A stretch of 64,000 bases of DNA, taken from positions 930,001 to 994,000 of the forward strand of contig MCFH01000009.1 in NCBI GenBank assembly GCA_002104945.1, given 5' to 3'. Position 1 is the stretch's first letter. Each line of letters begins with the position of its first letter. Shown here piece by piece: positions 12,966 through 33,865 of this stretch. A model generated the notes under the pieces. The model did no database searches and was not told where the DNA came from. It worked only from the letters and a program-made list of their open reading frames with translations. This DNA is from Piromyces finnis finn (Eukaryota; Fungi; Neocallimastigomycota). A program made the translations under genes and the position numbers.

Positions 12966-13835
12966 TTAGATTCTTTTGTTAATATAACCACTAACAACTT
13001 TAATATATTCTTCGCATTTAACAACAAGTGCAAGATGTCCACCAGTAAGTTTAGTTTCTACTGTTGGGTTTGACATAATAGATACAAGTTCTTTTTTACA
13101 GGATTCATTAAATGTTTCATCATCCTCAGAAAGAATAAGTAAAACTTTATCATCCCATTTTTTAAAATCATTTGGAACCATATCCATATATTGTTCTGTA
13201 TTTATCAAAAGATCTATCATATGATTTTCAAATTCTTTTTTAAGTTGTTTATCCGTAAGTTCGTAGAAATCTTTAAATATAGATTTTTCTTCTTCCGTAT
13301 AACAGTCTTTTGACATTTTTTTTATAGAATTCTTTATTAAAATTCTAACAATTGAAAATGGAATGAATTTTAAAATTGTTTTAAAAGATTGTTGAGCTTT
13401 CAACATTTTTGACAAACATTCATACGATTCTGGTTTCATGTCTTTTGGAAGACTGCAAGAGTTGGAAATAATCATTCCTTCTACTTGGTCTGGATATTGT
13501 TTAGCAAAAATTTGTGAAATAATTCCTCCAAGAGATTGGCCAACAAGCCAAACTTTTTCATTTAAAAATCTTAAAAGTTCACTAATACTATCAATTAATT
13601 CTTTTATTGTTGATAAATGAATTTGATAATCAAATACTAAAACAGAATATTCTTTACTGAATTTATCAAAATGTGAAAATAATAAATCTGAAAGACCTAT
13701 TCCTCCTGTAAGTAAAAGAAGGGTAGCCTTTGAATTTGAATTTTTGTAATAACGATAAGTAAATGATTTACCATTGTTAAGTATATGAGTTTGGTTTGGG
13801 AATTTTTCATAAAATTCTTGTAAATTACTTTTCAT
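12966..13835 (-). CDS. Intronless alpha/beta-fold hydrolase, 289 aa, bacterial-type
   Basis: Single uninterrupted ORF. Oxyanion region LLLLTGGIG, nucleophile elbow GQSLGG, candidate Asp in ILSEDDETF and His in TGGHLA. Confidence 0.9.
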   Translation of the reverse strand: MKSNLQEFYEKFPNQTHILNNGKSFTYRYYKNSNSKATLLLLTGGIGLSDLLFSHFDKFSKEYSVLVFDYQIHLSTIKELIDSISELLRFLNEKVWLVGQSLGGIISQIFAKQYPDQVEGMIISNSCSLPKDMKPESYECLSKMLKAQQSFKTILKFIPFSIVRILIKNSIKKMSKDCYTEEEKSIFKDFYELTDKQLKKEFENHMIDLLINTEQYMDMVPNDFKKWDDKVLLILSEDDETFNESCKKELVSIMSNPTVETKLTGGHLALVVKCEEYIKVVSGYINKRI

Positions 13836-15505
13836 TTTAATAAATATTTTGTTTGTTAATTATTAATATAACTCTTTATATCGGGGTTGATTTTTTTTTT
13901 TTTTTAAAAGAAAAAAATTTCAAGTAAAAAAAAATAATTATTTTTAAAAACTTTTAATATATGTTATTTATTTAAATTATTATATTAAAAGATATATTTT
14001 AATAATATATTATTTTAATTAAATTATAAATTTATTTCTAAAAAATAATAATATTATTAATATTATGATTAAGGAAAATCATTTGAATAATATTAAAATT
14101 AATAGGAATGTGTTATAATTCTTATATAAAGGAATTCATAAGAAAAAATAATAATTATTTATTTAATGATAAATGACTAACCTCAAAAGTATTTAATATG
14201 TTTTAATATGGTTCAAAATAATAATTTTATATTATCCACATTAATAAAAGTAATGGAAATTTGTTATTGCTCAATATGTAATTTAAAAGCTTTGTTACCT
14301 TTTGAATTTTTAACTTTCAATCTTTTAATAAAAACAATTATTAAAATTAAGTTTAATATTAAATATAATATTAATAGAGTTCCCTCTTTTTTTTAAAAAA
14401 AATAATATTGATTTTAATAAAGTTTAAATTATTAATTTATATTATCTAGTAAAGATTGATACATTTTTTTTTTTTCCAGTTAGTATTATGATCCTATTTT
14501 AATTTTATATATATATCCTAAATAATATTTAGTATAATATAGGAATTATTTATATTATGGTTGACAAAAAAGCAAAAAAAAAAAAAAAAAAAAAGGACTT
14601 AATATCTATCAATAGAGTGTTTATGAGTTTTATTTTTTATTGGTATAAATTAATGTTTTATATATATAGTGTTTAATTCCATTAATTATAATAAATGATT
14701 TTTTTTTTTAAGCATACTTTTATTAATTTTCTTAAAGGATAACAAATAATTATTTTTAATTAAGAAAAAGTTTAACTTAAAAAATCTCGATACCTTTTTT
14801 TTTTTCAATCTTAATCTTTTTTTAAAGAGAATTAATAACTTGCTTATATTTTACATCATCCATAAAAAAATAATATTTTCTAACCTGTTTAAAATAAGTT
14901 AGCAGTAGAATAAAATTGCTTATAGTTAATATTCGGTTGGTTTTTTTATTGTAACATATGTTAACTTTTTTTCAAACCTAAAGTTAACTATTATTTTAAA
15001 TTAAATATAAATTATTTAATTAAAGTTATAAATATAAAGGTTAAGTTATTTTATCAAATATAAATATTTAATTTAATAATATATAAAACTATTCATAAAT
15101 TTTATTTTTATAATTAAATACACCATTAATTATTTGTGGTGTATATATGTATATATATACATTGATGATAAAATATATATTATATAATTGTATATAACTT
15201 TTTCCCATTATATTTATATATAATGTTTATTATAATTAAAGTTAATGTATTTTTTAATTTATATTCTCCTAATAAACCTTATATTATATTAAACCATATA
15301 TATTTACCAGTTAGAATTTAAAAGTGATAAATATACTTTATTAAATATATATATTAATTTTTTTTTTTTTTCATTTTTAATTTTTATTCATTAATTATAA
15401 AACTAAAAATAATAATTCAAAAAAGTGTAAATGAGTATGCTTAATATATTCTTGTAGAAAAGAATATTTATTATTAAGTAAATAACAGATATATGTATAA
15501 AAAAG

Positions 15506-18500
15506 ATGCTATATCTACTACTATTGTTTTTATTAATAACACATATAAGTGCTGAAAATTTACCAATAATTTGTAATGTTATAAATATTTAATAATATTT
15601 TTTTTTCAATATAAGAAACTATCATCAAAACATAATTTTATTCTGATATATTCTTTTTTTTTTTTTTTATAAAATATAAAACTATTAAATACTATATATA
15701 TCAATTAATACTTTTTTTTTTTGATCAATAACTCTAAAATACCAATAGATGGCCATTTTAAGAATGGAACAAGAGTAGAGATATGTAAAAATAATACACT
15801 AGACTGTTCAGATGTAGCAGAATCCTATACTGTAGGTGAAGGAAGTAAAGAATTTTTAATATGGACACCGTTTGGTGAACCTGGAAAAGCAGGTGAACAT
15901 GTCGGAAATATATTAGCAAGAGCACTTAGACAATTAGTTATAAATACTAGAGATAAAAAAACAAATATGGATACTATTAAAGGCAGAATTGTTGTAAAGT
16001 CATGGTCAGATATGTCCTATGTACCTATTTGTCAAGAGGATGATCCTAATTCAGAATGTCCAACAATTATGATTTTAGGTACAACTCAATTCGCTTATAG
16101 ATCCAAACAAGGAGAAATAAAAATATTAGATGGCTATTTTGATAAATATTTAAATGATACACATGAACCCATTACCGATAGTTTTCTAAAACAAGTATAT
16201 TATGATTACAATATTGATGGTCATTTTATGGCTGTTCCATTGGTATTAGATATTCGTTTATTATACTTTAAGTATGTAAAGTTTATCGATTTTTTTTTCA
16301 CGAAAAACAATATAATTTTTAATTTTTTTTTTATTGATCATCATGAAATAATATATATATATATACATTGTATACATTTAATAATGATAGTCGAACAACG
16401 TTTGATACATTAAATTTGGAATATCCGCCTGTAATTATTGAAGCAATAATAATATAAGATAATATAAATTTATTATAATTATACAAACTTAATTTTAATT
16501 ATTATATAATTAGCCATATGGAAATTGGGGTACTTATTCGGAACCATATTATTTAACATGGAATTGGGAAATGTTTGTTAGCTATATTAGAAAAATTAGA
16601 CAACATTTTCCTAATGATCTAGCATTTTCATTTACAGGACAATATGATGAAGAAATGAAGTTATTTCATATGATTATTAAAAATTATTATATTGAAACTA
16701 TTGATGAAAACAAAACTTGTGGTTTTTTAAATAATAAAGAAAAGGTATTACAAATTATAGAAACAATTATCAAACCTATATTTTCACAATTAGGAGATGA
16801 TTGGTACCCGGATAATGAAGAAACTAGAGCCTTTTTAAACAATAATGATTATATTGCTCCGGAAGATCTACCAAAAATGTAATAATATAAAAATATATAT
16901 AGAGCTCTGAAAAACAAAACAAAATAGTAAAAAAAAAAAAAAAAGAGATGAAAACAAAAATAATTTTTTTTTTAAAAATAAAATGATAATATTAATTTTT
17001 AACATTATAATGTATATAATATATGAATCTTTTTAAAATAATTAGATGTTGTCGAGATACGTCAGTATATAGTAATGGTTTTTTAGGATTTACCATCGAC
17101 AGTCCAAATTCAATGAGAAAAGTAAATATCTATAGTGAAAATAATTTAAATGGAGAAATTGCAGCTGGTTTTATTCCTGGATCAACTTCATGTAAAAATT
17201 CATTCCAAAAAATATATAATATGTAACAATTAGGATTAATATTATTGAATAAAATTTTATTATTTATTATAAATGGACTAAAACATTTATATCTATTTAA
17301 CCTTTATATAATATTTATTATTATTATTATTATTATTTTTTTTTTTTAAAAAAAAAAAACAATTAATTTTTAAATATTATATATTATAAAATAAATTAAT
17401 GATGAATAAAATAAATAAAGATTTAGGAGGATCTGGAATAGTGATATCTAACAATATAAGTGAAGAAATGCAAGATATTGCTTGGAATTTTATTTTAATG
17501 CTTATTAATAAATCATTAAATTATTTAACAGATATTGGTATAGCTACAAATATGATGCCTCCTTATGATTCTTTATTTGATGTTAAATATTGGAATGAAA
17601 AAGAATGGGATATACCAAAAAATCAAATTCGTCATTCTTTACAAATACAATATCCTCGTCAAACATTTCCAGAATTTGGTGAACTAGAAGATCGTCATCC
17701 TATTCGATTAATGATGTAAATCTCGTTATATTTGTATTTTATTTTTTCTTTTTAATTAATAATATATATGTAAATTAATTTTTTTAACATTTTTATTATT
17801 ATAATAAAATTAAAAAAAAAAAAAAATAGACTGGAAATAATGAAAAAAAAAGTTGATCCATCTGAGGCTATTGATAGATGTTGTAAATTAATGAATAGTG
17901 TATTAGCAGGTGAATGCACTGATAAACATTGGGTATGCAAATAATTTTTATTATAATATCTTTTTTTAATAAATAAAACTATATTTACTTTTTATTTATT
18001 GAAATGAGAAAAATCCATACTTTTAATAATAACATTATTATACTATATTACTGATATTAATGAATAGACATATTCAATAAGTGAATGTACAAGTCTTCAA
18101 AATAGAAAAATTCAATTTAGTTGGAATAATAGCTCATGTAAAGGAGGTATTTCCCTTCCAAAAGATACTACTATTGATTGTTCGTATATATCACCACGTT
18201 CTGGATTTGGAGGTTCTATGATTATTTTCTCATTGTTAGGTATTATACTCAGTTTGGTATATCTAAGCCTATTCTATAAATATCGTAATACCGAGCCAAT
18301 AAAGAAAGCACCATTAAATTTTTCAGCTGTGGTTATTTTTGGGGCTATATTAAATTTCTCATCTGTAATTTTTACTACTGGTCAACCAAATGAATTTAAA
18401 TGTATTTTTAGTAAATGGCTTTTAGTAATTGGATTTGGTTTATCCTTTGGTGGATTTGCTGTAAAACTAAAGAAAATTTATGAAATATATAATTCTCATA

Positions 18501-19306
18501 ATGTATCTAATGATTATATATCAGATATAAAACTCTATCGAATGCTAATTGGACTATTAATTCTCGATTCCATTTCATTAATTTTTTGGACCAGTATTAA
18601 TAGTCCAACATCTATTATTTCAAAGGAAGAGTATAAAGTAAATAGTCGGGTAATTCCATATGATGTAATTAGATGTAATAGTTTTCATGATCAAAACTTT
18701 ATTACTATATTTTTCCTCTATGTATTTAACATTTTAACATTAATTTACGGGTAATTATATTTAATATATACATGGTTGTAATTTGTAATTATCATTTTTA
18801 TTAAAATTTTTATTTTAATTTAATAATTATTATTATAGATTATGGCTTTCCTATAATACATGGTCTATTCCTCAAAGCTATTCGGAAACCAAGTTTGTTG
18901 GAACTTCGCTATTTATTGCTGCATTGGCTATCATAATTGTTATACCGCTTATATGGTTTAGCTATTCAAATGAAATGAGTTACTTGGTTAAATCATTAAT
19001 TTTGAATTTTGCAACCGCGATTTCTCTAAGTATATTCTGTGTACCAAAACTACGGTCAGCGTATTATTATAGTAAAATATTATATAAAAAAAAAGACTCT
19101 GAAGATCAATTAGTTAATCCTTTAAATTCAGATAAGGTATATATATATTTTTTAATTTTTTATCTACTATTTTTAAATTAATGAGATGACTTAACATTTC
19201 TTAATACATATAAAAAAATATTTAATTATAGATAACTGGTCCGTTATGCTGTCCAAATTGTGGTGTATTGATAAATAATTTTAATGAGTTTAAATTTCTA
19301 GAATAA
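15506..19306 (+). CDS. Class C (7tm_3)-type GPCR with N-terminal ABC-type extracellular solute-binding-protein domain, multi-exon
   Basis: Putative signal peptide MLYLLLLFLLITHISA at 15506 (start and first intron uncertain). SBP-like motifs PTIMILGTTQF, IDGHFMAVPLVLDIRLLYFN|RTTF, WNWEMF. Cys-rich linker ECTSLQNRKIQFSWNNSSCKGGISLP..IDCSY. 7TM motifs IKKAPLNFS..FG, CIFSKWLLVIGFGLSFGGFAVKLKKIYEIY, SIPQSYSETKF, FCVPKL. Last exon ITGPLCCPNCG...FLE* ends at 19306. Confidence 0.85.
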
Positions 19307-19855
19307 ATACAGATTGAAAAAATGAAAAAAACATGAAATATATTATATATAATATATAAACATTTTATAAACATTTTATAATATATAAATTTAATTAATA
19401 TTTATATCTATTTTTTTTTTTTTTGCCTTTATTATATATAAAAATCTATATATATATATATATATAGTTTTTTTTTTCTTCTTTTTTTTTTTTTATTTTT
19501 ATAAAATATAACAAAACAAAACAAACAAATAAACAAACATATATTAACCATCAAATTTATATATTTTTTTAAATAAATATTTCTTTTTTATATTAGAAAA
19601 CATATTATTTAATTTTATTTATTTATTTTGATTTTAATAAATATTTTCTATATTGATATCTATTTAAAATTATGTTTTATTATTATATAAATAAATATTT
19701 GATAAATTCTCTAAATTACTTAAATCTAAATTAAATGTGTACAAATATAAGATATAAAAAACTAGAAAATATATAAAGGTTAATATTATAAAAATAAAAT
19801 TTAACTATTTTAATGATTTATTGATTTTATTGATGTAGAAGTGATAATTGCTGAA

Positions 19856-20383
19856 TTATTTTTTATTCTTATTCTTCTTATTCTTCTTCTTTTTCTTTTT
19901 AATACTTCCATTTGTTTTTAATATTCCAATTTTATTATCCTTAACTTCTTTATTAGAATCAATTTTTTCTGTTTCAGTTGATATTTCATCATTAGCCTCA
20001 TCAGAATTGATTCTTTCAAAACATGATACAAAGAAACCAATAACATAATCTTCTTCTGGCAATGTTCTTGCAACGTAGTCAGCTATTTGTGAGATTTATT
20101 TAATTTTTAAAAGATAAATTTTGATAGAAAATATAGAAAAATAGTATTTGATATTATTAAAAATCTCAAAAAAAAAAAAAAAAAAAAAAAAATTATACAT
20201 AGATAAAATAACATCTACCATGTTCAACTGATCCTTCTAAACCTCTTCTTTTCCATTGAGGAATACAATGTGCAGATAATCTAAATTCATTAGTTGATTC
20301 CAATGCTCTTTTAACAACATCTTCATTTTCAATTTGATGTATTGAACAGGTTGAGTAACTTATTCTTTTAACTTTTGGAACTA

Positions 20384-20446
<63 letters not shown>

Positions 20447-21360
20447 TAATAAATTTATTTTTAATCTCTTTTTACATTTAAAAGCATGTTGAATTGTTAA
20501 TAATTGAAAATCAGATAAAGATTTTAATCTTTCTTGTACTAATTTATTTGATGTATCTTTAATATCAAGTATAGTTTCGTTCTCATTTTCCTCTAAATAA
20601 AATTATAAATTTATATTATTATATAATTAATATTAATAAATATGTTTTAATAAACTCCATTATTATGCTAAACAATAACCACAATATAATTAAAATTAAC
20701 CTTGAGATTTTTGGTTTAAAATTTGATCTAAACGACTAACAATTCCTGAACCTGAACATGAAGGATCTAGTAAAATATATTCAACCTTTGTATAAATTAA
20801 CCATTTAAATTAGTAATGATATTTTAATATTGAAATATTATTATTTTTGATTCATACATCAGCATATTTTGGGTCATTTGGATCAGCTTCAAGGAAATTT
20901 TCATTAAGTGGTTCGATACATGAACATCCAGCCTTTGTTGTTAATCTTTTTAACAATCCAAGTCTTCTCTTGTCTAAATCGAATGCAAATATATGTCCTT
21001 TGTTTCCCATTAAACTAGCAACATGTGAAGTTTTATTTCCTGGTGCCGCACAACCATCAATAACAACGGATCCTGGAGGTGGGCTTAATACATGGGCTGG
21101 GAAGCAACTTGCTTTATCCTTTTAATATAAAAAAGGAAAACAGTAATATACATTAATGATTTACAAATTATTAATTTCTTATTTTCATATTATATGTTTT
21201 AATTTTTACTTGTAATATTAATGTTCCATTTAAATATAAAGGATGATCATGAAAATCAGTATTGGCTGGAAAAACCAATAAATCATTAAGGTGAAAGTCT
21301 TTTCTAAATGTTTTTGGTCTTTGTATTTTTAATTGTTATTAGTAATCCATTTAATTATAA

Positions 21361-21431
<71 letters not shown>

Positions 21432-22057
21432 ATATTAAAGCTGTTTTTATATCATTATTAATTACTTGAAATGGGCCAATTCTTTTCCTTCAACTGGTGG
21501 TAATAATTCATAACCATTATTTTTTTGGAAATATTCAATTACTTTATCGACGGTTGATTTTAGTAAATTAACTCTAACATATCTTGGTAATATAACTATT
21601 ATGTAAAATTATAAAAATAAATAATTTCTTCTTAATTTTTCTTTATGCTATTACTTTATCTTATATTTACATGGATTTTTGATTTCTTTTGGTAATAAAT
21701 CTTCATTGTTAACTGCCTTTTTTCTGATTTTTATTTTTACCAATTCAGCATTTAATCTTGCCTATATTATGAAATTTGATTTTTTATATTTATTTTTTTA
21801 ATTTAATTAATTTTATTATATTTTTAATTAAATTTCGAGATATTTACTTTATTTTTATTCATTATTTTTTGAAAAGCTGGTGCATTTTTAAAATTTTTTG
21901 CATGTCCAAATAATAAATCATATACTAACACAATTGCTAATGATTTTGATAATTTTTTTTCATTTTTTAAAATTTGGGATTTTTCTATAATTTCCGAAAT
22001 AATTGGTTTATCTATTTGAAAATAAATTAGTAAAATAAATTAAATATTTAATTTCCT

Positions 22058-22088
<31 letters not shown>

Positions 22089-22269
22089 GAAAAGATTAAA
22101 AATCAAATTTCATTATAATATTACATTTTAAGGTTTCATTAATAATAGCATACATCTTCTTTTTTTCTTTAACATCATCAGCTAATGTTACAGCCTTAAT
22201 AGTTGTTTTTTTTAAGGCCAATTTATCTAAAATCTTTGCCGCCTGAACATAAAATCCTGGTGAAGACAT
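19856..22269 (-). CDS. NSUN5: 25S/28S rRNA cytosine-C5 methyltransferase NSUN5/Rcm1
   Basis: MSSPGFYVQAAKILDKL, DKASCFPAHVLSPPPGSVVIDGCAAPGNKTSH, ILLDPSCSGSG and SYSTCSIHQIENE (both catalytic Cys present), with a Lys-rich C-terminal tail. Confidence 0.92.
20384..20445. repeat. (ATT)n microsatellite in an NSUN5 intron
   Basis: About 20 ATT units. Confidence 0.9.
21358..21433. repeat. (TAAA)n microsatellite in an NSUN5 intron
   Basis: About 19 TAAA units. Confidence 0.9.
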
Positions 22270-22736
22270 TTTCAAATTTAGTTTGATATTGATATTACAA
22301 ATATCCAAATAAAATTTTGGATTAGTTTTAAAATATTTTATAAAATTTTGATTTAATTTTATTTAAATTTGTTATCCAATAAAAATCAATATATTATTCT
22401 ATATATGCTAAGCATATTAAACATATTAAAACATATAGAAAAATATTTTACAATTCTATCTTTTAACACAATTATTTAATTTAAAATAATGTTTAATAAT
22501 ATATAAATAATTGGATAATATTTGATTTATTATTATTTTTTTCTTATATTTTTATTTTATTTATTTATTTTTTTTTTCGTTTTAATTTACTTCGAATTGA
22601 TAATTTAAGTAATTATGAAAATTAAGAAATTACATTATTAAATTATCTATTTAACTAGAATTTCATTTAAGTACTGACAAGTATCAATTAATATATATAT
22701 AAATATATATTTATTAATTATAGTAAATCATTTAAA
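22270..22736. promoter_or_regulatory. Probable bidirectional promoter between NSUN5 and FANCI
   Basis: Head-to-head start codons only ~470 bp apart. CCAAT/ATTGG pentamers near 22376 and 22510. Function is inferred only. Confidence 0.4.
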
Positions 22737-29766
<7,030 letters not shown>

Positions 29767-30661
29767 AGGGTACTAGTAAATTTTAAACTACTTATAGTCA
29801 TTGGATCATAAGATTAATGATAGTATCATTTATATATTATTAGTTTATAAATGTTAAATTTTTATATTTTAATTTGAAATTAGGAAATTAGGTATAAAAT
29901 TCAAATCATTTAAAAATGTATAATTTTATTTCAATTATAAAGTAATATCAAATAATATCTATCTTTATATAGATTTATTAAAAATTATGTTATTAAATAT
30001 TTAAAGTATGAAAACAAAACTATATTATTTTACTATTACTACTACTACTACTACTATTATTATTATTATTATTAAAATATTTAATTGTTAACCGTTAAAA
30101 TAATAATAACAATAAAAACATTTTTGTTTTATATCAAAACTTCATATATTTTATATATATCTATTTTTAAATATTTACTTAATAGTTTGTAATATTTTTA
30201 TGAATTTAAACATACTTGATGAAGGAGAAAGTAAAAATTACTATTACTATTTTATGTATCTACACCAATTAAAATATATATATATTATAAATAAAACCAA
30301 AAATTAATGTCTTTGATTTGTATATTTTTATTTAAATATGATCTATAATATAAAATTCTTATTAATATTTGATTAATTAAATAATTTTATATTAAAAGAA
30401 AAAAAAAAAAAATATTATTAATGTTTGTTAATATATATATTTTTGTTATAAATAAATTTGTTTAATAAAATAATCTATTATTATAATATAAATAGTGGAT
30501 AAAAACTTTAAATTTAAAAAATTTTATGGCAAGAATTTTTCTTTTTTCTTTGTAACCATTTATTTTTTTTACTTATATACTAAGATGAAACTATGTTTGA
30601 TTAACGGGTTTATATAAAAAGAAATAATAAATAATTCTTGAAAATTAAAAATATGATAAAT

Positions 30662-32742
30662 TTATCTTTTCTTATTTTTTGGCTTAACATCTTCATCTTT
30701 TGTTGCATGTAAGAATACTTGAGTCTTCATATTTTGATTATTATGTTCGTGACCCTATATATATATAATGTATTAAAATTAGGAATATTATTATTGAATT
30801 ATGAATATAAAAAATTATTTATATTTATTCTTAAATTACCTTTGACCAGTCATAACCAAGAGCATAAGCAAAAATAGAACCATTTTTGTTAAATGAAGTA
30901 GCAGTAATTGGTATATTGAAATTAGGGAATTGCTTTAGTCTTTGTTTACTATCTTTATCCCAGAAGTTGAATGAACCATCCGAACCAGCAGTAGAAAATG
31001 TTCCATAAATTGGATGGAATGATATAGCATTGATAGCATAAACATTTGAGTTTTCTCTATGACACTTGAAAGAAAAGTTCATTCTAAAACAACATAATCA
31101 TAATTTAAAATTAAATATTTATTATATTTAATGTAAATTTTTGTATATCTTTACAATATTCAAAATAATTACAACAATAATAAATAATAATACATACGAT
31201 TGATCTTTATCTTCAATATATTGAATACCAACACGACCTTCAATTGAACCAACAGCAAAACCATTACCTTGTGAGAAACATGAAACAACTCTAGTTTGCC
31301 ATTTTAATGGTGATTGTAATTGCTTTTTATCATTATTTTATTTATTTGTACATATCATATGTATAATTTATATATTATTTCATTGATGGAGCAATTAAAT
31401 TAAGAAAAATCAATTAATATAATATAATAACTATTTACATAAAAATTATTCAATATTAATATATTACTTACTTTAAATGGAACAGATGGGTTTTGAAGAT
31501 TGTATACATGAATATGTTTTTCAGCAGTACCAACAACCATTAATGGGAATAATACATCCATAGTATAACAACGTTCTGGCAAATTTAAAGTATGGACAGG
31601 CTTTTGTGATCTTAAATCCCAATACTTTTTTTAATTTTATATTTTATTTTCAATTTATTTATTTTTTTTCATTTAAAACCAATAGTATTTATTTATTAAC
31701 TTTGTTTTAACATTTTGTATAGTAATAATATCTATAAATTTAATTTATTAATTATTCAATAATTCATACTTTTAAGGTTTTATCCCAACTACCAGTAGCA
31801 ACAATATTCTGCATACCACCAGTACCATCAACGAATTTTGCACATTTAATTGGCTCATCATGAGAAGCAACTTGAATTGTTTGTCCAGATGCAACATCAA
31901 TTACTTTACCAATTTTATCTACACCACCAGAAAAACATTTTGAACCATCCTTTTTATAATATAATTTTTGTTTTATGTTAATTTATGTTTATTTCATGGA
32001 AACATATTAAACATTTTCAGATTTTGAGAAACTAAAATTAATTTCACGATATAATGTTACCTTACTCCAAGAACAACATAATGCTGGACCTTCATGTGTA
32101 ATCATTGCTTTTGGAACAGTTTGTCCATTTTGTTGAACTTCATAAATTCTTGTCTAAAATTCAATAACAATAATAGATTTATGAATTTAATAAATAAAAA
32201 AACATTTATATTGATAGAATTAATTGTTTGAATATAATACATTATTATCCCATGAACTAATAGCCATAAAATCAGCTACTGGACTAAAAGAAATGTCTGA
32301 AACTGTATCAGTAGGTGGTTGTGAAACCTAAATTTTATAATCAAGATTGTTTAAATTTAACAAAAAGTAAAATTATAAGTTAATAATTTATTATATATAT
32401 TGAATTATTGGATAACTTTTGCTAATATATATCATTTTGAAATATTGTCTTTTATTTCTTTTTTTAAAAAAATTGTATTAAAATTTAGAAAATAATAGTA
32501 AATTTTAAATAATTATTGTCTTTTATAATCTATTATATTTATATTTTGTATATTGCATTTACTTCCAATATATATAATATTAATTACACATTATATTAGT
32601 TATTTAGTAATTCTTTTTATAAATATTATTGTGTATTAGAAAGATTTTAATATCTATTTTAATATCCTGTATAAGTATTAATCGAATTTTGAAATTTAAA
32701 ATGTAATATTTCATATACCTCAAAATCTTTTTGTACATTCAT
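30662..32742 (-). CDS. RAE1: mRNA export factor RAE1/Gle2 (WD40)
   Basis: MNVQKDFE|[102 protein letters not shown]. The start exon at 32717-32742 is inferred. Confidence 0.93.
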
Positions 32743-33865
32743 TTTTTCTTTTTAATTTAATTCAAATTTGAAATTATGTGATTATAATTTTATTATTTGA
32801 TGTTAATATTTTAATAAAAGTATATGTATTTATATTATTAATTATATAAAATATATATATATATATATAAATATTAATGTTAGTATTCTTTAAAAATTTA
32901 AAAAAATGTAAAAATTAAAGAAATGAATAGATCATTTATATATTATTATTATAGTAATAATAATAATAATAATAATAATTATAATTATCTTTATTTATTT
33001 AAATATATGCAACTTATTTATATATTGATTCAACTTTTTAAATCATCAAATTAAATATACCTTTCTTTTATAAATATTTAATAATAAATTTATTATTATT
33101 TAAGTATTTATTCAATTAAAAAAAAAGTTTTGATTATCCTAACTTCTCAAAAGCTTTTTTTTTTTAGTATTTTAATAAAAAAAAAATAATTAATATTATA
33201 AAATTATCACATAAATTTAATTATATAAACATAAAATTAGCCAATCAAATATTTTAAATCATTCATTCAAAAAATATATATGAATAATTATAAGTTAAAA
33301 ACGAGAATATTTTACAAAATCAAAAATATATAAATTTAATAGAGCATTAGTATTTAAAATTTAAAAAAAAAAAGTACAAAAAATAATAAATCAATACCTT
33401 TATTAAATAATTTATAATTAAAATCGTTTTAATATAGCTTTTAATTATAATTAATAATGAAATATTATTTAAAAATATATATTTTTAATTTTTTTTCTCT
33501 TTTTTTTTTTTTTTGACTTTATCCAAAAATGTTGGAAAAAATTAATATAAATAAAATAAATGTTAAATAAACAGACCCAATTTTTTAAAAAATATTTTAT
33601 ATAAATTAAAGTTTTGGGAATAAAATTTAACATTAAAAAAAAAATATTTTTCTTTTTCTTTTTTTATTTAATTAAAATTAATAATAAAAGTAGTATAGTA
33701 TATATAAATAATTACATATTAAAAGGTCAATAATAGAAAGTGTTGAAAAAGAAAATAGCTTTCTTTTTTAATACTTGATATTAATTTAACATATTTCATC
33801 TATTCTTCACAATAGATTTTGAATATTAAATATTTTAATTTAATATAATAAACAACATAATAAAA

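Noticed and set aside
13438-13620. Antisense ORF inside the hydrolase (also 19848-20048, 20847-21125, 36981-37247, 45992-46180, 48628-48849, 52627-52854, 63267-63563)
   Set aside because: Shadow ORFs opposite well-supported genes, with no motifs.
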